Shown one piece after another: positions 32,786 through 40,892 of a stretch of 64,000 nt of DNA; within the stretch, counting starts at the first letter, position 1, and each line of letters opens with the position of its first letter. The translations under genes were made by a program, and so were the position numbers. This stretch comes from Halomonas sp. GTDB taxonomy: Bacteria; Pseudomonadota; Gammaproteobacteria; Pseudomonadales; Halomonadaceae. The notes under the pieces were generated by a model. The model did not search any database. It had not been told where the DNA came from and was given only the letters and a program-made list of their open reading frames with translations. The stretch is from NCBI GenBank assembly GCA_007692655.1, contig REBQ01000240.1, positions 10,727 to 74,726 on the forward strand, in the 5' to 3' direction.

Positions 32786-34279
32786 TTACGTGCGAGTAAT
32801 ATGCTGATACTCACCTGAATCATCAGTTGCGTTGCTTACCACGATGATGGCAATGAAGGCGGCGATAAAGCCAGGAATAATCTCGTAAATGCCCGGGCCA
32901 CCCATAAAGGAGCCATTCCAGCCTAATGCAATCCAAATCATCACTGTAAGAGCACCCACTACCATGCCTGCGATGGCACCGTTGCCGTTGGTGCGTGACC
33001 ACATGAGTGACAGGATAATCAACGGTCCAAAGGCGGCACCGAAGCCTGCCCAGGCGTTACTGACCAGCCCCAGCACCTGAGAGTCTTCATCAGAGGCAAT
33101 AACAGCGGCCACAATGCCCACTAGTACCACGCAGACACGGCCTACGGCGACACACTGCGCTTCAGTTGCGTTTTTGTGCAGGAACAGACGATAGAAGTCC
33201 TCAGTCAGTGATGAAGACGCCACCAGCAGCTGACTGGAAACGGTACTCATCACCGCCGCTAGCAGGGCCGCATAAAGGAAGCCGGTGATCAGCGGATGGA
33301 ACAGCAGGTCTGCCAGGACAATAAAGATCGTTTCTGGATCCTGTATATCCAACCCATTGCGAATCGCATAGGCGCGGCCAAAGATACCCAGAGAAACAGC
33401 GCCAATCAGGGAGATGAGCATCCAGCCCATGCCAATGTTACGGGCAATGGGTACATCCTTCAGCGTACGGATAGCCATAAAGCGCACAATGATGTGCGGC
33501 TGCCCGAAATAGCCCAGCCCCCAGGTAACCGCCGACAGCCACCCGATAAATGTCAGTCCCGATGTCCAGGAAAGCAGTGTGGGGTCGACCTCATTTAGGG
33601 TCTGTGAGGCCTGGCCAAAACCGCCGCCCCCTTCTCCAAATAGCACCACTGCCGGCATGATCACCAACGCGAGCATCATGATGCAGCCTTGCACGAAGTC
33701 GGTCATGCTCACGGCCAGAAAACCGCCGACAACGGTGTAAATAAGCACAACGCCCAGCGTGATCATCACACCCATGGCGTAATTGCTCATGTCACCGAAG
33801 TTGTAGATTCCAGAAAACGCGCTTTCAAACAGCTTGCCACCGGCCACTAGACCTGATGCCGTGTAAACCGCGAAAAAGATCACAATCACGATAGCGGACA
33901 CCGTGCGCAGGGAGAGTGCCCGCGTCGGGAAGCGGTTTGCCAGGAAAGCCGGAATGGTAATCGCATTGCCATAGTGAACTGTCTGTTCACGAAGACGCGG
34001 GGCGACCAAAATCCAGTTAAAGAGCGCCCCCACGAGCAAGCCAATACCGATCCAGGCTGAGCCCAAACCCGATACAAACATTGCCCCAGGTAAACCCAGT
34101 AGCAACCAGCCGCTCATATCCGAAGCGCCGGCTGACAGGGCCGCTACTTTGGGACTGAGAGTACGACCACCCAGCATATAATCTTCAGAGGAAGAGGTGG
34201 ATTTGCGCATCGCATAAATGCCGATGGCGATCATGAGCGCAAAGTAAGCAATGAGACTGATCCAAACACCTATAGCCAT
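32786..34279 (-). CDS. putP: Sodium/proline symporter
   Basis: DYMLGGR, ALSAGASDMSGWLLLGLPG, WGLGYFGQPHIIVRFMAI, AWAGFGAAFGP. Confidence 0.95.
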   Translation of the reverse strand: MAIGVWISLIAYFALMIAIGIYAMRKSTSSSEDYMLGGRTLSPKVAALSAGASDMSGWLLLGLPGAMFVSGLGSAWIGIGLLVGALFNWILVAPRLREQTVHYGNAITIPAFLANRFPTRALSLRTVSAIVIVIFFAVYTASGLVAGGKLFESAFSGIYNFGDMSNYAMGVMITLGVVLIYTVVGGFLAVSMTDFVQGCIMMLALVIMPAVVLFGEGGGGFGQASQTLNEVDPTLLSWTSGLTFIGWLSAVTWGLGYFGQPHIIVRFMAIRTLKDVPIARNIGMGWMLISLIGAVSLGIFGRAYAIRNGLDIQDPETIFIVLADLLFHPLITGFLYAALLAAVMSTVSSQLLVASSSLTEDFYRLFLHKNATEAQCVAVGRVCVVLVGIVAAVIASDEDSQVLGLVSNAWAGFGAAFGPLIILSLMWSRTNGNGAIAGMVVGALTVMIWIALGWNGSFMGGPGIYEIIPGFIAAFIAIIVVSNATDDSGEYQHITRT

Positions 34280-34936
34280 GTAACTTCTCCAGTTCGTCAG
34301 AACGGGACTAGGGTTTGTACGAAAATGCCCGCGTTTGCCGACTTTTTGTACAATTCTAGCTCCGACAGGTTTAGCGCGTTTACCGGATAAGGTCCGGTAG
34401 TTGCGCGATCTTTTTTTTGTTAACCCTTCACGCTACTGGCCTTACGGAGCGCCCGCCTAAAATAGGATCAGAAAGGTTGGTGGTACGTTTATTAGCAGTG
34501 ACCCCGATGACCTGCATGTGCAGCGGGTTCGCTACGCATGGAAAGCCAATCACTCTTTTTTCTTCAACCATGAGTTAGTTCCCTGTTCAGGTTAATCTCG
34601 GATGAGCCGTTCACTCATCACCTAGCGTCAATAGCGACGCATTCCCGCCTAGCGCAACGGTGTTATTAGTAATGGTTTTCTCAGTCACGGAGTGTTGCTG
34701 GTAATGGGCCGGTGCCGGAAAGGCCCGGAACCCCAAGCGGCTGAACGCATACCACTGCCCCAATAATATTACGGTTAATTAAACATCGCCCGCCCGCATG
34801 TTCTGCGCTATTTCAGCGGTCAAGAATTCGTTGTGGTCAACTAAATAAGCGAATGTAGAGTGCTGCCACCTTTGTTGCATGTTGAATTCAAGGTAAAACG
34901 TGTCAATTCCGCGGTAAGAGGAGTAACCATACGACT

Positions 34937-35770
34937 TTAGTAGAGTTTTTGCTGGCCTGCCACCGGGGCTGAAGGGCGTTTTGGTGCATTGGTTGTTAAT
35001 GGTGGTGCATCGCATTGACGTAGCTTGCGGGGTGATAGTCCATAGCTGCGGCGAAACGCATGGGAAAGTGCACTTTGATTGGCAAAGCCGGTTTGAATGG
35101 CAATATCGGTCAGGGGCAGGCGGCTCTGAAGAATCAGTTGACGAGCTGCATGCAAACGCTGTCGCTTGACGTATTGCCAAGGGGATATTCCAGTTTGGGC
35201 GCGAAAACAGTCAGAAAAGTGCGCTTCGCTTAAACAGGCAAGTCGAGCTAGATCGGCCACACGCAGGCCATCCGCTAGGTGCTGGCGAATAAAGCGGTTG
35301 ATACGAGTTAGGTCTAAGCGCTGCTGAGCGTTGCTTTGTGCCGCACCCAGACGTGCTTTTAATGAGCCTAAAAAGGTAGCGGCCAAGCGGTCTTGCTGAA
35401 AGGAGACAGTAGATGTGTCAAACCCTTGAGCAAGTTCGCTTTCCATAAAGGCAAGGTAGTGGCGAAGTGCGTTATCCAGTGCAAAAAAACGCGGTGCATC
35501 AAATAAGGCCACCAGCTCTCGATTTTCGCCGGTTAACGCGGGCGCATCCTCAGGAAGGTCAAGAATCAGTTGGCGGTTATGGTCGTTACCAGAGTAATAA
35601 TGTTCATGATTAGCGGGCACGATACAGCCTGAAAATGCATTCACTTGACCACCTAACCCCTCAATTTCAAATTCAGATGAACCGCATAGGGTAATCACGA
35701 TTTGATGGAAATCATGGGAGTGATGCTGAGTTGCGCTGGCTAGCGGAATTTGGCGAATGGTGCTGGGCAT
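34937..35770 (-). CDS. AraC-family regulator, probable put activator (PruR-like by context)
   Basis: Cupin N-terminus HHSHDFHQIV and AraC HTH (LSEAHFSDCFRAQTG...TGFANQSALSHAFRRSYG); lies upstream of putP-putA. Confidence 0.85.
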   Translation of the reverse strand: MPSTIRQIPLASATQHHSHDFHQIVITLCGSSEFEIEGLGGQVNAFSGCIVPANHEHYYSGNDHNRQLILDLPEDAPALTGENRELVALFDAPRFFALDNALRHYLAFMESELAQGFDTSTVSFQQDRLAATFLGSLKARLGAAQSNAQQRLDLTRINRFIRQHLADGLRVADLARLACLSEAHFSDCFRAQTGISPWQYVKRQRLHAARQLILQSRLPLTDIAIQTGFANQSALSHAFRRSYGLSPRKLRQCDAPPLTTNAPKRPSAPVAGQQKLY

Positions 35771-35786
35771 AGCTTATCTCCTAAGC

Positions 35787-35850
35787 CGCAATAACTATTC
35801 TTGACCGCGACATCTTTTCTTGAGTGCGACAACTACTCTTGACCGCAATA
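35787..35850. repeat. Degenerate 19-bp tandem repeat, about 3.5 copies
   Basis: CGCAATAACTATTCTTGAC / CGCGACATCTTTTCTTGAG / TGCGACAACTACTCTTGAC / CGCAATA. Confidence 0.7.
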
Positions 35851-35876
35851 GCGACTGCTAGCACTAGCTGCAAAGG

Positions 35877-36239
35877 CTACTGCTGTTGGCGGAGTGCAGT
35901 GTGCGCGAACAAATGGTCCCGAAGGGCCTTAAGTTCTGCCTGCCCCTCTTCATTAAGCAGCGGTTTACCCTGAGCAATCTGCCATCTGCGCCCGTGCTCC
36001 TCCATTAGGTGAGCCGCGCGGCGCCTAATCCCGTCTAAATACTCATTATGACGAATAGGGTAACCGATGATAGCGTTCCACTCTGTTTCACTCACTTGAC
36101 TATCTAATGCTTTATCAAACAGAGCTAGCAGGTCTTTCGGCTCAGTGCGGTAGCGCGGCGTACTTGACGTCATCAGCACCAGCATTACCGAACCGAGCAC
36201 CAATAGACATACCCCAAACACTAATAGATACAGCGCCAT
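35877..36239 (-). CDS. Hypothetical protein with an N-terminal TM helix
   Basis: 120 aa; RBS AGGAG; minus-strand TATAAT at 36291-36286. Confidence 0.7.
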   Translation of the reverse strand: MALYLLVFGVCLLVLGSVMLVLMTSSTPRYRTEPKDLLALFDKALDSQVSETEWNAIIGYPIRHNEYLDGIRRRAAHLMEEHGRRWQIAQGKPLLNEEGQAELKALRDHLFAHTALRQQQ

Positions 36240-36330
36240 TCGCTGTGCTCCTAGTAGGCGATTTCAGTGAATGAAAAGCCACTTAATTATACGCTTCACG
36301 CTGCTTGAGTCGAAAATTTAACATTTTTGC

Positions 36331-36362
36331 GAACTTTTCCTTCACAGCGTGTCTTAGTTAGT
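36331..36362 (+). promoter_or_regulatory. sigmaE/AlgU-type promoter (candidate sRNA-1)
   Basis: GAACTT-N15-TCTTA-GTTAGT; the spacer is one base shorter than the optimal 16. Confidence 0.55.
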
Positions 36363-36458
36363 ACAGGCAACATCGCGATAGCAGTCGCTAAAGTTGTTGT
36401 TCTGGCTCTATTGTTTTGATCCCTTGCTTCCGCTACTCATTGAGTAGCGGTTTTTTTT
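36363..36458 (+). ncRNA. Candidate small RNA 1 (about 96 nt)
   Basis: Plus-strand terminator CCGCTACTCA/TGAGTAGCGG + T8 in a region where all flanking genes are on the minus strand; 5' hairpin; internal TGATCCCTTGCTT at 36417-36429. Confidence 0.65.
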
Positions 36459-36512
36459 GTTCAAACACGCGCTAGGGTTTTAGCTCCCGTTCATCCGATG
36501 ACGATGATTTGC

Positions 36513-36920
36513 TTAATGACGACGAATGGTAAGCAAGGCAATCAGAATATCACGTCGTGTGACAATTCCCACTAAGCGCTGTTGCTCAACCACCGGGTAC
36601 ACTTTGGGTTTTACGCCTAACATTTCCTGAGCCAGGTCGGTAATGCTCTTGTTGGGGGAAACGCTGAGTACCTCATGGCGCATTAGCTCCTTGACTAAAG
36701 GCGCTTCATCGTCGTGATAGATGCTATCCAGCACACGGCCCAAAACATCCTGCTCCGATATAAAGCCTATTAAACGGTCGGCGCTGTCAACAACCGGTGC
36801 TCCTGGCAAGCGGTGGGTGGCTAAACCCTGGGCCAAGGTAGTAATCGAAACGTCAGATGAGACGCGATAGCAGTCACGAGACATAATGTCGCGCACGATG
36901 CTTGGGGTTGTTTTATTCAT
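36513..36920 (-). CDS. CBS domain protein
   Basis: VRDIMSRD...GAPVVDSADRLIGFISEQDVL...YPVVEQQRLVGIVTRRDIL. Confidence 0.9.
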   Translation of the reverse strand: MNKTTPSIVRDIMSRDCYRVSSDVSITTLAQGLATHRLPGAPVVDSADRLIGFISEQDVLGRVLDSIYHDDEAPLVKELMRHEVLSVSPNKSITDLAQEMLGVKPKVYPVVEQQRLVGIVTRRDILIALLTIRRH

Positions 36921-36936
36921 AAACGGTACTCCTTGC

Positions 36937-37001
36937 TTATCGTTTTCAACTGTCGTTACCAGCTATCGTTACCAACGAGTGTTTCCAATGATTGTTTCAA
37001 T
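36937..37001. repeat. Degenerate 13-bp tandem repeat, 5 copies
   Basis: TTATCGTTTTCAA / CTGTCGTTACCAG / CTATCGTTACCAA / CGAGTGTTTCCAA / TGATTGTTTCAAT. Confidence 0.65.
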
Positions 37002-37156
37002 CGCGGACAGAGCAGATAAGTGCATCGCAGGTCCCATTGTCTGATAATCAGTCATTGTTGGCTCAAAATGCTGTATCGACTCTTTTACTGTAGGAGATTT
37101 ATTTCGCTACGTAGAGTTAGCGCGCTGGCTTTATTCAACGCTTTAAGGAGCCTCTA

Positions 37157-37690
37157 ATGGATGCACGTGAGTATTTGAACCGAAAAGGGGTGAGTCTAGA
37201 CAGAGACCCTGATCGTCCCAACACCCTGGAAGAGAAAGCGTGGGAGCGCGCCCGAGGCGCCGGGCAGCAGCGGCCTAAATCGGGCACGCCTCACGACTGG
37301 GAGGATTGGGAACGCCACCATGATGACCTGGCCGACGGGGCTGAGACGCTTGAGCAGAAAATAGACAAGGAGGCACACCGGTTAGCCCAGGAGCGAGCTG
37401 AGAAAGCGGCGGCTGAGTCGGCTTCAAGTGGCGTGGAACACTTTACGCCGCCGCCCAAAGCGCAACCTGTATCTCCGCCCCCTGGGCCTGGGAGTGAGCA
37501 AAGCCAAAAAGTGGCAGCCGAGCCAGCAGGGTTGAAGTTTGCCTATCAGGCACTGGCCATTTTGCTACCGCCACTTGCGGTAGGCTTAACGAAAGGCGGT
37601 GGTAAACGAGTGATGATCGGCTTGATATTAACCCTATTGGGTTGGGTGCCAGGCGCCGTTTACGCTTTTTTATGGGTTCAGCGTCGTTAA
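37157..37690 (+). CDS. Protein with a C-terminal YqaE/Pmp3 (UPF0057) domain and long N-terminal extension
   Basis: C-terminus ILLPPLAVGL...ILTLLGWVPGAVYAFLWV; RBS AAGGAG. Confidence 0.8.
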   Translation: MDAREYLNRKGVSLDRDPDRPNTLEEKAWERARGAGQQRPKSGTPHDWEDWERHHDDLADGAETLEQKIDKEAHRLAQERAEKAAAESASSGVEHFTPPPKAQPVSPPPGPGSEQSQKVAAEPAGLKFAYQALAILLPPLAVGLTKGGGKRVMIGLILTLLGWVPGAVYAFLWVQRR

Positions 37691-37717
37691 CTAACTTGAA
37701 GCTCAGGCGTTTACCGC

Positions 37718-37745
37718 TTGGTAGTTTTTAAGATAGGCGTATAAT
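37718..37745 (+). promoter_or_regulatory. sigma70-type promoter of the EamA gene
   Basis: TTGGTA-N16-TATAAT. Confidence 0.5.
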
Positions 37746-37778
37746 CCGCGTAAACCATTTTACGGCATGAGGTTTACA

Positions 37779-38657
37779 ATGGGTTATTTGATTGGCGTCA
37801 CGGCCCTGTGGGCGTTCTCTTTTTCGCTGATAGGGGTCTATTTAGCGGGGCAAGTGGACAGCTACTTTGCCGTTCTTTTAAGGGTTACGCTCGCCATGCT
37901 GGTGTTCTTGCCATTTTTGCGTCCAAGCCTGTTGCGCGGTAAGCAACGGCTCGCATTGATGGGGCTAGGCGCTATTCAGCTTGGCATTATGTATACCTTT
38001 TTTTATCAATCTTTTTTGCTGCTGTCGGTGCCTGAAGTCCTGCTGTTCACTATTTTCACGCCTATTTATATCGCGCTGCTGGACGATTTGCTGTTCGGTC
38101 GTTTTACGCCCATCTATTTGGTTACTGCGTTGCTAGCCGTGGTAGGGGCCGGTGTTATTCGCTATGACGGCGTAGACAGCGGTTTTTGGGCGGGCTTTTT
38201 AGTAGTGCAGGGTGCGAACCTTTGCTTTGCCCTCGGCCAAGTGGGTTATCGTCGGTTAGCCGCGGATTTACCTCCAACGCTTGCATGGCACAATGTTTTT
38301 GGTTGGTTCTTTATTGGCGCGATGATTGTGGCCTTGCCTGCTTATGTACTGTTTGGCAATAGTGCAGCACTGCCAACAACGTCTCTGCAGTGGGGTGTGC
38401 TGGCATGGCTGGGTTTGGTGGCTTCAGGAGTCGGCTACTTTGCTTGGAATCAGGGCGCGACCAAAGTGGATGCGGGAACTCTAGCCATTATGAATAACGC
38501 GCTTGTACCTGCTGGCTTAGTGGTTAATTTGGTGATCTGGAACCGCGATGCGGATATTCCTCGCCTGCTTTTAGGGGCGGTGATTATGGCGGCATCGTTA
38601 TGGTTGAACCACTGGTGGTGCCAGCGTCGTCAGTCGGCGAGCCCAGCTAGTTTATAA
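37779..38657 (+). CDS. EamA/DMT family transporter (YigM-like)
   Basis: About 10 TM helices: LWAFSFSLIGVYLAGQVDSYFAVL, LLFTIFTPIYI, LAIMNNALVPAGL. Confidence 0.85.
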   Translation: MGYLIGVTALWAFSFSLIGVYLAGQVDSYFAVLLRVTLAMLVFLPFLRPSLLRGKQRLALMGLGAIQLGIMYTFFYQSFLLLSVPEVLLFTIFTPIYIALLDDLLFGRFTPIYLVTALLAVVGAGVIRYDGVDSGFWAGFLVVQGANLCFALGQVGYRRLAADLPPTLAWHNVFGWFFIGAMIVALPAYVLFGNSAALPTTSLQWGVLAWLGLVASGVGYFAWNQGATKVDAGTLAIMNNALVPAGLVVNLVIWNRDADIPRLLLGAVIMAASLWLNHWWCQRRQSASPASL

Positions 38658-38731
38658 TCAAGGCCTAAGCCTATTTGCCCGATGCTCAAGGTGTCTCCAT
38701 AATGACGGCTTATGTTAGCGAGAGCCGGCCC

Positions 38732-39664
38732 ATGAGTAACACCGTATCATCACCATCAATAGCGTCTTCAGCCGACCGGTCAGGGAAACCGTTTAAAACG
38801 ATTGGTTTGATTGGTCGGTTGGGTAGCGACAAAGTGATCGATTCCCTTCAGCGCCTCGTTACCTATCTTGTTGCCCATGGCTATAACGTGTTGGTGGAAG
38901 ATCGCACGGCGACTGCTTTGCCTCACCATGGTCAGCCTGAAGCAAGCCGCCGCATGTTGGGTGAGCTGTGTGATCTGGTGATTGTCGTGGGCGGTGATGG
39001 CAGTTTGCTAGGCGCTGCGCGGGCGCTATGCCGAAGCGGAACGCTTATTTTAGGTGTCAATCGCGGTCGGCTCGGCTTTCTGACCGATATCTCGCCGGCA
39101 GAGCTTGAAACCCGGGTAGGGGAGGTTCTGGCAGGAGAGTTCGAAATTGAACAGCGCTTCTTGCTCGACACTGTGCTGTACCGCAACGGCGTAGCAGTGG
39201 GCAATGGTGATGCCTTGAATGAAATTGTGCTGCATCCAGGTAAAGCGGTGCGCATGATTGAGTTTGAGCTGTTTATTGATGGTCAATTTGTTTACAGCCA
39301 GCGTAGTGACGGTTTAATTATTGCCACCCCTACCGGTTCTACCGCCTATGCACTCTCCGGCGGTGGTCCGATTATGCATCCCAAACTGGATGTCGTGACG
39401 CTGGTGCCGATGTTTCCTCACACCCTGTCAAGTCGGCCGATTGTCATTGATGCCGCCAGCGAAATTCGTATTCACATCGGTGAAACAAACCAGTCATATC
39501 CACATATCAGCTGCGATGGGCAGACCCGGGCAGTGGCGAAACCGAACGATGTTCTGGTGATTACCCGTAAGCCTGAGCGCGTCCAGTTAGTGCATCCTAT
39601 CGGCCATAATTTCTACGAAGTCCTACGCAGCAAGTTAGGCTGGAGCCATCGGTTGGGAGACTGA
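38732..39664 (+). CDS. nadK: NAD(+) kinase
   Basis: GGDGSLL, GVNRGRLGFLTD, LNE, DGLIIATPTGSTAYALSGGGP. Start position is uncertain. Confidence 0.94.
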   Translation: MSNTVSSPSIASSADRSGKPFKTIGLIGRLGSDKVIDSLQRLVTYLVAHGYNVLVEDRTATALPHHGQPEASRRMLGELCDLVIVVGGDGSLLGAARALCRSGTLILGVNRGRLGFLTDISPAELETRVGEVLAGEFEIEQRFLLDTVLYRNGVAVGNGDALNEIVLHPGKAVRMIEFELFIDGQFVYSQRSDGLIIATPTGSTAYALSGGGPIMHPKLDVVTLVPMFPHTLSSRPIVIDAASEIRIHIGETNQSYPHISCDGQTRAVAKPNDVLVITRKPERVQLVHPIGHNFYEVLRSKLGWSHRLGD

Positions 39665-39666
39665 GT

Positions 39667-40653
39667 ATGGAGGGGTACGACCTAATTGGTGATGTGCACG
39701 GCTGCGGTGCCACGCTGGCTTCACTGCTTGAAAAGCTGGGCTACCATCAACGAGGTGGGGTTTATCGCCATCCGCGCCGTAAAGTTATTTTTCTCGGCGA
39801 TCTGATTGATCGCGGGCCGCGAATACGCTTAGCCGTTACCATTGCGCGGCGGATGGTAGAGGAGGGTGAGGCGTATATCGTGATGGGCAATCATGAATAT
39901 AACGCCCTTGCTTATACCCACCCTGCACCGGCGGGGAGCCATAAACGTTGGCTACGGGAGCATACTCCGCGGCATAACCGCATTATCCAAGATACGCTAG
40001 ATCAGTATCGGGATTACACCAACGAGTGGGAAGATACTCTGGCGTGGTTTAAAACCATTCCGCTATGCTTGGAGATAGAGAGTATTCGCGTCGTGCATGC
40101 CTGCTGGGACGACCAACTGATTAAGGAATTTACCCAGCGTCGACCTGATCGCTGTATGGACTCGCAATTTCTGGTCGAGTCGACCGATCCGTCTACTCAA
40201 GCGTTTCGGATTTTAGATCGTCTAACCCGAGGGCCGCATGTCTCACTGCCTCAAGGCATTGCCATCCATTCTGGTGATGGTTTTACGCGACAGAGTTTTC
40301 GGGCGCATTTTTGGGCTCAAGCCCCCCAGCAGTGGGGAGATGTTGTTTTTCAACCCGATAATCTGCCTGGAGATCTTGAATCCCGCGAACTGACCAGTGA
40401 AGAGCGTCAGAAGCTTAGCTACTATGGGCCCGAGCAGCCGCCCCTTTTTATTGGACACTACTGGTGCGAAGGCATACCCGCGTTGCCTGCCAGCAACATT
40501 GCTTGCTTGGACTATAGCGCCGTAAAGTACGGACGTTTAGTGGCTTACCGTTGGAGTGGAGAAGCGGCTTTGAATGCCGATCATTTTGTCTGGATCAAGG
40601 TGCCAAAAGAGGAGCGGGCGTTGCCTAAGCCCTGGGAAATTGACTTTGATTAG
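39667..40653 (+). CDS. Metallophosphoesterase (ApaH/PPP-like)
   Basis: GDVHG, GDLIDRG, GNHE, VHA and GHYW. Confidence 0.88.
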   Translation: MEGYDLIGDVHGCGATLASLLEKLGYHQRGGVYRHPRRKVIFLGDLIDRGPRIRLAVTIARRMVEEGEAYIVMGNHEYNALAYTHPAPAGSHKRWLREHTPRHNRIIQDTLDQYRDYTNEWEDTLAWFKTIPLCLEIESIRVVHACWDDQLIKEFTQRRPDRCMDSQFLVESTDPSTQAFRILDRLTRGPHVSLPQGIAIHSGDGFTRQSFRAHFWAQAPQQWGDVVFQPDNLPGDLESRELTSEERQKLSYYGPEQPPLFIGHYWCEGIPALPASNIACLDYSAVKYGRLVAYRWSGEAALNADHFVWIKVPKEERALPKPWEIDFD

Positions 40654-40702
40654 CGGTTTTTATCAATTTTACATAAAATCACACAATTTTTTCAAAACAG
40701 CT

Positions 40703-40735
40703 GAACTAACCCTGCTGTCGGCTATCAGAGTAAGT
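40703..40735 (+). promoter_or_regulatory. sigmaE/AlgU-type promoter (candidate sRNA-2)
   Basis: GAACTA-N16-TCAGA-GTAAGT, near-consensus with optimal spacing. Confidence 0.7.
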
Positions 40736-40794
40736 GTTCCCTTGAATGATCCCTTGCTTTTATTCTCCGGCGGTCCCTACCGCCGGTTTTTTTT
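40736..40794 (+). ncRNA. Candidate small RNA 2 (about 59 nt)
   Basis: GTTCCCTTGAATGATCCCTTGCTTTTATTCT followed by terminator CCGGCGGT-CCCT-ACCGCCGG-T8; shares 13 nt with sRNA-1. Confidence 0.7.
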
Positions 40795-40892
40795 GCCTGT
40801 CTGGTGGCGGCTGCATAGCTATTCTTATGTAGGCATTCAATACCCACCCGCTGTGGCTACTGTGCCGCTAGCGCACTGATTAGAGAGACGTT

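Noticed and set aside
34280-34936. Known riboswitch classes in the putP leader
   Set aside because: No conserved TPP, FMN, SAM, glycine, lysine or cobalamin signature was recognisable by eye. It is kept only as an unclassified structured leader.
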